From Octopus bimaculoides (Eukaryota), in assembly GCF_001194135.2 (NCBI RefSeq), contig NC_068995.1, positions 12,455,609-12,518,864 of the forward strand: a DNA stretch of 63,256 nucleotides. The letters are read 5' to 3'. The translations under genes were made by a program, and so were the position numbers. The first letter of the stretch is position 1; each line of letters opens with the position of its first letter. Below the pieces are notes generated by a model. The model searched no databases, was not told the origin of the DNA, and saw only the letters and a program-made list of their open reading frames with translations. Positions 1-11,777 of the stretch are shown in pieces.

Positions 1-91
1 AGAAGAAGAAGAAGAAGAAGAAGAAGAAGAAGAAGAAGAAGAAGAAGAAGAAGAAGAAGAAGAAGACGACGACGACAAATAGCAATAATAA

Positions 92-134
<43 letters not shown>

Positions 135-140
135 AATATC
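1..140. repeat. Compound trinucleotide microsatellite (GAA)n-(GAC)n-(AAT)n
   Basis: Read directly: about 21 GAA units, 4 GAC units, then an imperfect AAT run. Confidence 0.95.
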
Positions 141-787
141 AAGAACGGTAATAAGAAAAAAAATGTAAATAACAACAACTATAATAATATTTATAATAAC
201 AGTAATAACAATATCAATACAACACAACCGAAAAAAAATAAAATCAACAATAATAAAAATGTAGGCAAAAATGAACTAAAACAGGAAGAGAAATTTCTAG
301 AAATTCCTTCGTGTCCAAGGAAATTTCTCTTTTAATCCTGGCTACGTTGACTTACTTCAGTAGTCTTTTCACATCAGTTTCAAGAATGTTATTTCCGTAT
401 TAGCTTTCCATCGATAGTTTAGTAGATCAGGAATGCAGAATATTATCAAAATAAAAAATCACTTTTTTTTTTTTTTCCTCTGTATCCCCAATCTCCAAAC
501 TCTATCTGAGCCCCTTATTTTCTTTTTAGTGTGTTTCTGTCTATGTTTTTTATTGCTCCCTCTCGCTCTCCCTCTTTTTCTATTTTCCTCTCTTTCTCTC
601 TCTCTCCCCCTCTCTTTCCCTCTCTCATGATTATATTTTTCCTTCTTTTGTTTCTCTTCTGTCATTTACCGTCTTTTCTTTTTATTCATTATTTATTTAT
701 TGGCTTTTTTGTGTTTTTGTATATTTATTTCTTCCTCACCTCTAATTCTTTCCATATTTTACTCGTAAGTTCTCGCACATAAGCTAA

Positions 788-789
<2 letters not shown>

Positions 790-835
<46 letters not shown>

Positions 836-1190
836 CCCCTTACTTCCTCTCTTTCACTGTCTCTTTCTCTCTTTCTCTCTGGTTCTATCTACCTATCTAT
901 CTATTTATCTATCTATTTATCTATCTATCCATCCATCCATCTGCCTACCTACCTACCTACCTACCTACCTACCTACCTACCTACCTACCTATCTATCTAT
1001 CTGTCAATCTATCTATCAATTTATCTAGCTATCTATCTGCCTATATATATATCCATCCATCCATCCATCCATCTACCTACTTACCTACCTACCTATTCCT
1101 ATTTCTATCTACCTATTTATCAGTCTATCTATCTATCCATCTATCTGTCTATCTATCCATCCTTCCATCTACCTACTATCTATCTACCTA

Positions 1191-1244
<54 letters not shown>

Positions 1245-1377
1245 GACTTGTTTCTATATATATATATATATATATGTATATGTCTCTTCATTCCTTCTTC
1301 TGTCTGTCTATTTTCCACGATGACTGATACATGCATCCACTTATCTCATTTCACTGTTTCTCTAACTCTGTCTCTCC

Positions 1378-1418
<41 letters not shown>

Positions 1419-1750
1419 GCTCTCTCTGTTTCTCTACTCTCTCCCTCATTGCCTCTCTTTCTCTCTGTCTCACTCAGTCCCTCACTCTACTCTTTCTGCT
1501 CTCACTATCTCTCTCACTTCCCTTTCCCTCCATCCCCCTTTGTCTCTCTTTTTCTGTCTCTCTCCCTGCCTCCCCCTCTCTCTCTCTCCCTCTCTCTTTG
1601 CTCGCTCTATCTCTCTCCCACACACACTCTCTGTTTCTCTCTCTCTCTCTCTTTCTGCCTTTCCTCCACTTTCTTTCCTTCACTCATTCACTAACTGTCT
1701 CTTTCTACCACATACTCCCACCACCACCACCACCACCACTACACTTTCTT
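790..1750. repeat. Compound pyrimidine-rich microsatellite block: (CT)n, (CTAT)n, (CCTA)n, (CCAT)n, (AT)n, (CCA)n
   Basis: Read directly. It explains the low-complexity ORFs at 832-1861. Confidence 0.95.
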
Positions 1751-3182
1751 CTCGAAATTTCCACATGTCCCTTACAGCCTTATTTCTCTCTTCCTTATCT
1801 GATTTCATCTAGCAAAACTCCTTTTGACTCTTGCGCATCATCTTTATCTCACTTTCCTTAGGCCAGTTACGATCCCTGACACACTAACATCCCACAGAAG
1901 CAACCATGTCCTTTAGGGTTCTTTTTTAAATCAATAGCCAACAGGATATAAGGTCCATTCTATAATCTACAATAATAAGACCCTACTTTGCCAATAGTGC
2001 TATCATTATCATTCGTTGCACGGGAGAAAAACTAAAATTTTTGGTCAGTTTCGTTTGTTTTGTCGTATTATTTACAACAATTTCCAACGCTGATCACTGA
2101 GTGTTTGCTCAATGCTTAATCTTGCAGTATCTGTAACGACTTCATTGCAACCTTCTTTCTCTTACAAAAGATATTTATCCTCTTATCGCATTCCTTTTAT
2201 CTTCTCGAGTTTAGTATGTGTGTAAGTGTGTAACTATGTGTGTGTATATGCGCATGTATTTGTATTTAATTTTTTTTCTCCTTTACTCTACATTTTCAGT
2301 GTGGTGTGTTTTTTTTTACTTTATTATTTCTTCCTTTCTTTATTTGTATATTTATTTATTTTTATTGTTTGTGTTTTTTTTTTTTTGTTTTTTCATTTGT
2401 TGTATCTAATAAACTTTTACACTCTGACTGCGAAAATCAAAAGAAATCAAGAATTCCCTAACAGGGAAATCGAGATGCTTATCGATATACAAAAATTAGA
2501 GGAATTCTTATCGTTCTGATCTTTCTAGAAAGATTAACCATATTCCTCTGTGCCAACCAATGGAAAAGGTTTAACGTAATTGGACACCTGCTACTTTCGA
2601 AAATAAAANNNNNNNNNNNNNNNNNNNNNNNNNNNNNNNNNNNNNNNNNNNNNNNNNNNNNNNNNNNNNNNNNNNNNNNNNNNNNNNNNNNNNNNNNNNN
2701 NNNNNNNNNNNNNNNNNNNNNNNNNNNNNNNNNNNNNNNNNNNNNNNNNNNNNNNNNNNNNNNNNNNNNNNNNNNNNNNNNNNNNNNNNNNNNNNNNNNN
2801 NNNNNNNNNNNNNNNNNNNNNNNNNNNNNNNNNNNNNNNNNNNNNNNNNNNNNNNNNNNNNNNNNNNNNNNNNNNNNNNNNNNNNNNNNNNNNNNNNNNN
2901 NNNNNNNNNNNNNNNNNNNNNNNNNNNNNNNNNNNNNNNNNNNNNNNNNNNNNNNNNNNNNNNNNNNNNNNNNNNNNNNNNNNNNNNNNNNNNNNNNNNN
3001 NNNNNNNNNNNNNNNNNNNNNNNNNNNNNNNNNNNNNNNNNNNNNNNNNNNNNNNNNNNNNNNNNNNNNNNNNNNNNNNNNNNNNNNNNNNNNNNNNNNN
3101 NNNNNNNNNNNNNNNNNNNNNNNNNNNNNNNNNNNNNNNNNNNNNNNNNNNNNNNNNNNNNNNNNNNNNNNNNNNNNNNNNN

Positions 3183-3272
<90 letters not shown>

Positions 3273-3918
3273 ATTCTCTTTTTTTTCTTTTAATATGCTA
3301 ACTCGGCGTTGCAGAATAATCGCCTTCTTCATTGCATTCTTAGATTTGTTGCGTTCTTGATACTCATTCATGATTTTCAAATTAGTTTTTGTTGCAATAT
3401 TATTCTTTCGTTTTGATAGTCATTTTTTTGTTTTTTTATTTTTATATATATATATTAACGTATAATCATACATATGCAACATATCTTAATATCACTTTGT
3501 AAGTATTAAAAAATGCTCATAAGTATTATTATAATTTTTTTGTTTTTTTTTATTAAAGACATCATCATTGATTTTGAATAGTTGATTTTTTTTTCCTTTC
3601 CGTTTTGGCTTTATATTTATCTTTATTGAGTTACTTTTGCTTTATTTATTTATTTATATATTTCTTTATACAAAACATACCAAGTTCATGCACTTAGTTC
3701 AAACTCATATCTGTATATAGTATATCTTCATGGTTACAATGTTCGGCACTGCGAATACTCACACTGATTCACGTACACACATACTCGTTTACTCATGCGC
3801 ACGTACATGCATGTATATACATATTCGTACATAATGTGAATATGTATATGTATGTGTCTATATAGATATATATATATATACGAATAAATATAAATGTATA
3901 CGTATATATATATATATC

Positions 3919-3973
<55 letters not shown>

Positions 3974-4675
3974 TTATATATGTGTGTATATGTATGTGTA
4001 CATACAATTTAAATATATATATAAGTACATATNNNNNNNNNNNNNNNNNNNNNNNNNNNNNNNNNNNNNNNNNNNNNNNNNNNNNNNNNNNNNNNNNNNN
4101 NNNNNNNNNNNNNNNNNNNNNNNNNNNNNNNNNNNNNNNNNNNNNNNNNNNNNNNNNNNNNNNNNNNNNNNNNNNNNNNNNNNNNNNNNNNNNNNNNNNN
4201 NNNNNNNNNNNNNNNNNNNNNNNNNNNNNNNNNNNNNNNNNNNNNNNNNNNNNNNNNNNNNNNNNNNNNNNNNNNNNNNNNNNNNNNNNNNNNNNNNNNN
4301 NNNNNNNNNNNNNNNNNNNNNNNNNNNNNNNNNNNNNNNNNNNNNNNNNNNNNNNNNNNNNNNNNNNNNNNNNNNNNNNNNNNNNNNNNNNNNNNNNNNN
4401 NNNNNNNNNNNNNNNNNNNNNNNNNNNNNNNNNNNNNNNNNNNNNNNNNNNNNNNNNNNNNNNNNNNNNNNNNNNNNNNNNNNNNNNNNNNNNNNNNNNN
4501 NNNNNNNNNNNNNNNNNNNNNNNNNNNNNNNNNNNNNNNNNNNNNNNNNNNNNNNNNNNNNNNNNNNNNNNNNNNNNNNNNNNNNNNNNNNNNNNNNNNN
4601 NNNNNNNNNNNNNNNNNNNNNNNNNNNNNNNNNNNNNNNNNNNNNNNNNNNNNNNNNNNNNNNNCCTTAGCTTAG

Positions 4676-4758
4676 GCACTAAAACAGATTCCAGCACCAG
4701 CAATGGCCTACCAGATTATTTGAATCCATCATGCAAACTAGTGACAGACGCATTCATC
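4676..4758 (+). CDS. Candidate internal exon (phase 1 to 0), (G)TKTDSSTSNGLPDYLNPSCKLVTDAFI; product unknown
   Basis: Acceptor cttag|G (the polypyrimidine tract would lie in the N-gap), donor ATC|gtatgt, open frame and non-repetitive sequence. No family recognised. Confidence 0.25.
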
Positions 4759-5226
4759 GTATGTTTATTAAACTGAAAATACTAGTGACTTGGTCTTGTT
4801 CAGTCCTTAGTGCTGCTATCGTAGTTATAGTCATGCAACGATACTTATAACATGCTGTGTCAATTAGTTGCGTATCGTAAATCGACATCTGTATTGCGAA
4901 GGAAAATTGCTTGTAGATGGTGTTTGGACTAAATTTAATGATTTTTATGTCTCTTCTATTCAGAAACAGATTACTGTATTGGTGAACAGTCAAGGGTGTT
5001 GGAGATTTTAATGATTGAAGTTGTAGTTGAGATAAAGCTTGGTGATATCTGAATATTGGAAATGGGTTACCTGTATGATTATAATAGTCACTTTATCAAA
5101 ATGCCGACGTTACGAATTCTGTTCAATGTTCTTTCAACACTGTAAAGGCTGTAAGATGAAACATTGGACGGCTGTCACGGAGATTACAAAGCTGCGGCTA
5201 GCAGAAAAGGATACAGTAATCGTTCC

Positions 5227-5287
5227 GATAACTGAAGAGATGCCAATGCGGGTTTCCGCCCCGACATCCGAAACTCGGAGTTTTATC
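5227..5287 (+). ncRNA. Type I hammerhead ribozyme-like motif, family H1 copy 1
   Basis: Stem I GATAA(5227-31)/TTATC(5283-87); core CTGAAGA 5232-38; 13-nt stem II arms GATGCCAATGCGG/CCGCCCCGACATC with loop GTTT; one extra C; GAAA 5270-73; palindromic stem III ACTC-G-GAGT; triplet GUU. A second copy lies at 33072. Confidence 0.65.
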
Positions 5288-5652
5288 ATGGCTACCGAAT
5301 AATTGTGATGTTAAATTTACAGATATATATATATATATATTCTATTTTACAATCGGCAGGTATTTCGAAATGTGACTAAAGATCCGAGAGTTAAGTGCAT
5401 GGAACCAATAAAAAGTTACTCCGAATGTTAAGTCTGGTAAGTGCCATACACGAAAATCTCGGCTCTCGAGTGACTTTCTGAAATATTCTTTCGATCAAAG
5501 CTTAAGAATATATATGCACTCGTGAACTAATGTTTATTTTTTCTGTTTGTGTGAGTGAGTGTGTGTATGGATGTGTGTGAATGTGTGTGTGTGAGAGTGT
5601 TTATACACCTATACTCATATAGCTACATACACAAACACTCCCACCGACACAT

Positions 5653-5700
<48 letters not shown>

Positions 5701-5789
5701 TCACACACACACACATACACACACAGATATATATACACATGTATTCTCTTATTCTTTTACTTCNNNNNNNNNNNNNNNNNNNNNNNNNN

Positions 5790-6037
5790 CTGCGGCCATG
5801 CTGGAGCACTGCCTTAAAGACGTTTTAGTCAAAGAAATCGACCCAGCATTTATCCTTTGTCAATCCCGTACTTATTCTATCGGTACTTTTGGCCGAACTG
5901 CTATGTTACGAGGACGTAAACGCACCAACATCGGTTGTCAAGCGAGGACACTTGCCGGAGGTACCACGCAGTGGGACTGAACTTGATACCATGTGGTTGG
6001 GAATGAAGTTTCTTACCACACAGCCTAGCCTGTGCCT
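5790..6037 (-). mobile_element. tRNA-derived SINE, family A, internally deleted
   Basis: Reverse complement of the family A head (GGCTGTGTGGTAAG...TTCAGTCCCACTGCGTGG) joined to the family A 3' half (GTGCTCCAGCATGGCCGCAG); matches the fuller copy at 47183-47664. Confidence 0.85.
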
Positions 6038-6203
6038 GTATGTTTGTGCGTGCGTGTACGTTAAACATGTTACGTATGTGCATGGATATTAATATATATG
6101 TATGCCTACCCATATGTTTTTGTGTATATGTGTTACATGTATGTGTACGCATGTGTGCACGTATGTATGTGTGTGGTGGCGTGCGCGGGCGTGTGAGTCT
6201 ATA

Positions 6204-6240
<37 letters not shown>

Positions 6241-6882
6241 TGTATTTTAATACAGTCTTTATCTTACTTGGCAATGAGCGAATACCTGTAAATAAGTTAT
6301 TTATGAATGGGTTATTGATTGATACACGTCCAAATGTTATCGTTTGATATCTTTCACTCACATAAATTACTGCAGAACATTTTCCTAGAAGTACTTGTAT
6401 AGGTAGAGAAGTTTACCGTAATCACACTCAAGGCGATTTCAAGTCGGGATATTTAGAGCCAACAATTGGACATCTTATCTTATCTATGAAGCTTTTCACT
6501 CTCAACGGTTTGGTGGTGATAATATAAGTAACAATCCATTCTATTCTATGAATTACAGAATACACTGAGAATATGCTGGGAATACATGAAGGAATAACTG
6601 AATGACAGAATAAATAAGTGAATGGCTTTCATCTTAAATATCATAGTAAAGCTAAGCTCAAAACTTGACAAACAGAAATTCAAGTGCAGACATGTTTTTT
6701 TCAGTGCATTCTTGCACATGTCATGACGTCACCTTCAGAATATATTTATTTGTGCTGTGCGATATTTACTAAGCTGTTAAAATATATTATGAGTTTTATG
6801 TTCCGATTCCTTTATGACCATATCTTATACATTTTGTACACACATGCATACGTGTATGTATGTGTTTGTGTGTGTGTTTGTG

Positions 6883-7160
6883 TGTAACTCAACGGAAAGA
6901 AGAATGCAGATTTAAGAACTGCATGATAAGGAATAAAATGTACAAGTGTGAGGTGAAGAGAGATGTGCAGCAATAGGTGTACATTGGTGGCACCGGAGAC
7001 AACATGAAAAATCGTCTGAGAAACCATCTCTCTTCATTTTCAAATATAAATAAGACACTTTACATGTCTATCGAACCTCGTCCGTTGATTGGAGTGAAAC
7101 ATACGACCAAGTGGTCGATTACAAAAACGCTGCACCATATAATGGAACATCACGAGTATG
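6883..7160 (+). pseudogene. Decayed GIY-YIG endonuclease domain of a Penelope-like retroelement
   Basis: Translation CN/RKEECRFKNCMIRNKMYKCEVKRDVQQ*VYIGGTGDNMKNRLRNHLSSFSNINK...KWSITK/NAAPYNGTSRV* follows the PLE pattern CNC..KEECPL..C...IYK..V...YIG.T...FK.R..NH.SSF...WSI...A.PY....C. It has an in-frame stop at 6974 and frameshifts. Confidence 0.8.
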
Positions 7161-7163
7161 ACG

Positions 7164-7257
7164 CGAGGCTATAGTTAAAGGTCCCATGCAGTGGTACTGA
7201 ATCTGGGACTATGTGGTTCGGAAGCAACCTTCTTACCCCACAGCCGCTCCTGCGCCT
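7164..7257 (-). mobile_element. SINE family A, 5' fragment; truncates the PLE relic
   Basis: Reverse complement of the family A head (AGGCGCAGGAGCGGCTGTGGGGTAAGAAGG...TTCAGTACCACTGCATGG...CTATAGCCTCG). Confidence 0.8.
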
Positions 7258-8109
7258 ATAACTATGAATATTTAAGATACGGACAATACGTATTGGTTTC
7301 GAATTTTATGTATATACACACACACACATATATATATTTATATATNNNNNNNNNNNNNNNNNNNNNNNNNNNNNNNNNNNNNNNNNNNNNNNNNNNNNNN
7401 NNNNNNNNNNNNNNNNNNNNNNNNNNNNNNNNNNNNNNNNNNNNNNNNNNNNNNNNNNNNNNNNNNNNNNNNNNNNNNNNNNNNNNNNNNNNNNNNNNNN
7501 NNNNNNNNNNNNNNNNNNNNNNNNNNNNNNNNNNNNNNNNNNNNNNNNNNNNNNNNNNNNNNNNNNNNNNNNNNNNNNNNNNNNNNNNNNNNNNNNNNNN
7601 NNNNNNNNNNNNNNNNNNNNNNNNNNNNNNNNNNNNNNNNNNNNNNNNNNNNNNNNNNNNNNNNNNNNNNNNNNNNNNNNNNNNNNNNNNNNNNNNNNNN
7701 NNNNNNNNNNNNNNNNNNNNNNNNNNNNNNNNNNNNNNNNNNNNNNNNNNNNNNNNNNNNNNNNNNNNNNNNNNNNNNNNNNNNNNNNNNNNNNNNNNNN
7801 NNNNNNNNNNNNNNNNNNNNNNNNNNNNNNNNNNNNNNNNNNNNNNNNNNNNNNNNNNNNNNNNNNNNNNNNNNNNNNNNNNNNNNNNNNNNNNNNNNNN
7901 NNNNNNNNNNNNNNNNNNNNNNNNNNNNNNNNNNNNNNNNNNNNNNNNNNNNNNNNNNNNNNNNNNNNNNNNNNNNNNNNNNNNNNNNNNNNNNNNNNNN
8001 NNNNNNNNNNNNNNNNNNNNNNNNNNNNNNNNNNNNNNNNNNNNNNNNNNNNNNNNNNNNNNNNNNNNNNNNNNNNNNNNNNNNNNNNNNNNNNNNNNNN
8101 NNNNNNNNN

Positions 8110-8143
<34 letters not shown>

Positions 8144-9782
8144 TAGACAGATGGACAGACAGAGGGACACACAGATGAGTATGTGTATGTTTGTGCGCGT
8201 GTGTGAGTGTGTGTTCATATCTCCATCCCTGATTTCATTGAATACAGGCACTCGCCGTTTACTTGATGGTTAATTCTGTCATCTTTTCTACAATCTATAA
8301 AGTTACACATAAAGATGTTACACGCTTCTGCCGATTTAACAATAAGTCTTTTGCATCTCATTTACATTGTGTAACTAATAATGACCTCATGTTAATGAAA
8401 CGCACGTAAGATGGTGTAGCTAAATGTCTTATAAACAATATATTTGCTTTGCTTTAAATTAAATAAATATATATTTTGAGAGAGAGAGAGAGACAGATCC
8501 ACAGAGAAATGAGTGTATATATATGCGCATTTTTGTACGCATGTGTGATTTTGTATATATATGTGTTTTTTTATTTGTTTGTTTGTATGTGTATGTGTGT
8601 GATGGGTGCTAAAGCGATATCACAAACATATATAGCGTGTTAAGATAATCTTCCGAGTTCTTATTGCCATTCATCTTGCACGGCGTTGAAAAGTATCAAT
8701 GTATAATTAATATGTTTGCAAATGAGGAAAACTTTTGCAAACGTTTGCTTCAAAGTTAACCTCGCCTGGTGACCTTATTCGTACTTTTTTCTTTTTTTTT
8801 TTTTTTTTTACTCTTTTCTATCGAAAACGACAGCCTCAAAAATCTATTTTTAATGAATAGTTATTTCTGTTTAAACAATGTTCTGAAAGATTCGTTGATT
8901 ACAAAATAAAATTACCATCTGATAACTGAAATAACAATTTATCACACACATTCACTATTTCTACCCTCCCTTTCTCCCTCTTCCTCCTTCTTACTCTCTC
9001 NNNNNNNNNNNNNNNNNNNNNNNNNNNNNNNNNNNNNNNNNNNNNNNNNNNNNNNNNNNNNNNNNNNNNNNNNNNNNNNNNNNNNNNNNNNNNNNNNNNN
9101 NNNNNNNNNNNNNNNNNNNNNNNNNNNNNNNNNNNNNNNNNNNNNNNNNNNNNNNNNNNNNNNNNNNNNNNNNNNNNNNNNNNNNNNNNNNNNNNNNNNN
9201 NNNNNNNNNNNNNNNNNNNNNNNNNNNNNNNNNNNNNNNNNNNNNNNNNNNNNNNNNNNNNNNNNNNNNNNNNNNNNNNNNNNNNNNNNNNNNNNNNNNN
9301 NNNNNNNNNNNNNNNNNNNNNNNNNNNNNNNNNNNNNNNNNNNNNNNNNNNNNNNNNNNNNNNNNNNNNNNNNNNNNNNNNNNNNNNNNNNNNNNNNNNN
9401 NNNNNNNNNNNNNNNNNNNNNNNNNNNNNNNNNNNNNNNNNNNNNNNNNNNNNNNNNNNNNNNNNNNNNNNNNNNNNNNNNNNNNNNNNNNNNNNNNNNN
9501 NNNNNNNNNNNNNNNNNNNNNNNNNNNNNNNNNNNNNNNNNNNNNNNNNNNNNNNNNNNNNNNNNNNNNNNNNNNNNNNNNNNNNNNNNNNNNNNNNNNN
9601 NNNNNNNNNNNNNNNNNNNNNNNNNNNNNNNNNNNNNNNNNNNNNNNNNNNNNNNNNNNNNNNNNNNNNNNNNNNNNNNNNNNNNNNNNNNNNNNNNNNN
9701 NNNNNNNNNNNNNNNNNNNNNNNNNNNNNNNNNNNNNNNNAGATTCCACATTCGAGTTATCTCTATTTCCAGGTCTTTGTAT

Positions 9783-9785
<3 letters not shown>

Positions 9786-9817
<32 letters not shown>

Positions 9818-9818
9818 G

Positions 9819-9895
<77 letters not shown>
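9786..9895. repeat. (ATT)n microsatellite; probable 3' tail of the adjacent retroelement
   Basis: Near-perfect ATT run abutting the element end at 9896. Confidence 0.95.
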
Positions 9896-10338
9896 GTGAG
9901 AGAGTAGCGCATCAAATTTGACACTATACGAAGCCCAGTATACCCATCATGACTACCCGTTTTAAGGCACACCAGGCACATGCATCACAACCATATGTGC
10001 GCGACAGGGTGATCTCACATCAAGGTAAACAGCGCATGACCTTGCAGTTGGGGCTCAGTTACAATTTTCGTCCGGTTGGGTAGCCTATCCTGCTCAAACG
10101 GTCCCTGAATAAGGTTGTTTAAGAATGATGAACAAAGCATCCATGTTTTCAGAGGAGAATGATTCAAAGCTGAAAGAATTCCTCTCAACTCATGGCTATG
10201 ATGCTCCACTACTTCTGCTTGTGACCAGAGATTCGTGTATCGTCAGCCACTAAAAGATGTGCTCAACTGCTTAAGGTCAAGCAACTGACAAGCAAATCTG
10301 TGGTATTCAGCAGAATATTTGCTGCAGGCCATCTTTTA
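9896..10338 (-). mobile_element. Interspersed retroelement (LINE 3' end or non-autonomous derivative) with an (AAT)n tail
   Basis: Its end (GAGAGAGYAG...GAAGCCYARTATACCCATCA) is repeated at 10546-10607, and both copies abut an (ATT)n run. The sequence is one I recognise as a common octopus repeat. Confidence 0.6.
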
Positions 10339-10349
10339 TTATTATTATA

Positions 10350-10384
<35 letters not shown>

Positions 10385-10420
10385 CATTATTATTATTATT
10401 ATTATTATTATCATTATTTC

Positions 10421-10468
<48 letters not shown>

Positions 10469-10485
10469 CATTATTATTATTATTA

Positions 10486-10528
<43 letters not shown>

Positions 10529-10659
10529 CATTATTATTATTGTCATTGAGTGAGAGAGCAGTGTCTGCCATTAAATACAGGAAGCCTAATATACCCATCA
10601 TTACTACTCATCATCATCATTATTATTATTATTATTATTATCATTATTATTATTATTAT

Positions 10660-10718
<59 letters not shown>
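10336..10718. repeat. (ATT/ATC)n and (AGT)n microsatellites flanking a 60-bp truncated copy (10546-10607) of the 9896-10338 element
   Basis: Read directly; explains the poly-N/I/Y/S/L ORFs. Confidence 0.9.
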
Positions 10719-11713
10719 ATGCGGTCACACCAATTTCTCTTCGTAAATTTTGTGCGATGATTGTGGATGTTGTCCAATTAGTATCTTGTCGTTAATTTCG
10801 TTACAGGAATTATTGCAGAACTGTCTACTATCAGATAAGAGTGTTGTTTTTTTTTTTACTGAGCTGCATGATGCAAAGCTCATTGGCATACTTTCTATGA
10901 AAAATTTGTTCGGAACAAAATTAGAAAACAAAGTCAATATGGCATCGAAAGTGCGAGATGCGAAAAAAATATATATATTTTGTCAGGTGATTCAGGAAGT
11001 TGAACGAAGGAGTATCTTCTAATTCGCTGGAAAAATGGCGGAGAAAGACTCCTGTGAGTTTTCCTGCTTATTGATAAAACTCATGGCGACATGTAGAGGC
11101 TAAACCACGGCTAAGAAGAACAACAGCACCGTCAAAGATGGCGCCTTTAAACAGCAACATACAAACATCATCGCACTTAATATTGCTGGTGGCGACGAGA
11201 GACATATGACTAAATTCAGTAAGAAGAGCAGCTTGAAGCGCATTGACTGACAGAAATGGCTAGCCACCGCCATCTTACCTTGCGGCACAATCACAATTGC
11301 CAGTCACATTATCAACGCCAGCTCCAACAGCATCGGTGGCAGCAATGTTGTAAGAGCAATAATAATAACTACAACGATACAAACACATTCATGTATCGCC
11401 GCCACAATACCAACCCTAACATATCGCTGTCATTATCTCCTCCGCCACTTTACTACATGATTCGTTATCGTCATTTTTGATTTCCTTTGGAAAAGAAGAA
11501 CGTCAAGATATCTGAATATTATACGACACTTGAAGTCATATTGTTATTATTTCACTTCACATTTATATTTTCAGAATATCGTTGTGGTTAACCGTCACTC
11601 CTTAAGAAATTCCTGTTTTCTTTAGATTTAGTTTCGTTTCTCATTTCTGCTTCAATTATATTTATCTTCTTCTTCTCTATGTTGATTTATTGTTGTTGTT
11701 GTTGTTATTATTA

Positions 11714-11777
<64 letters not shown>

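Noticed and set aside
287-330. 11-bp inverted repeat AGAGAAATTTC/GAAATTTCTCT with an inner TTCCTT/AAGGAA
   Set aside because: Short and AT-rich, with no TSD or second copy; compatible with chance.
433-1861. ORFs rich in L/S/F/Y/I or E/R/K, and similar poly-amino-acid ORFs at 10263-10795, 43016-43964, 49236-50734 and 52672-55379
   Set aside because: They are direct translations of di-, tri- and tetranucleotide repeats, with overlapping ORFs in most frames.
4676-4758. Resemblance of GLP...LVTDAFI to SLC26 transporter TM segments (GLP...DAFIIAIV)
   Set aside because: Only a few residues match and no other SLC26-like exon was found, so no gene symbol is given.
5039-5302. 87-aa ORF upstream of and overlapping hammerhead H1, with KLRLAEK faintly like the PLE CxLCLxEK motif
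   Set aside because: The cysteines are missing and no other PLE motif aligns, so it is too weak to link H1 to a PLE ORF.
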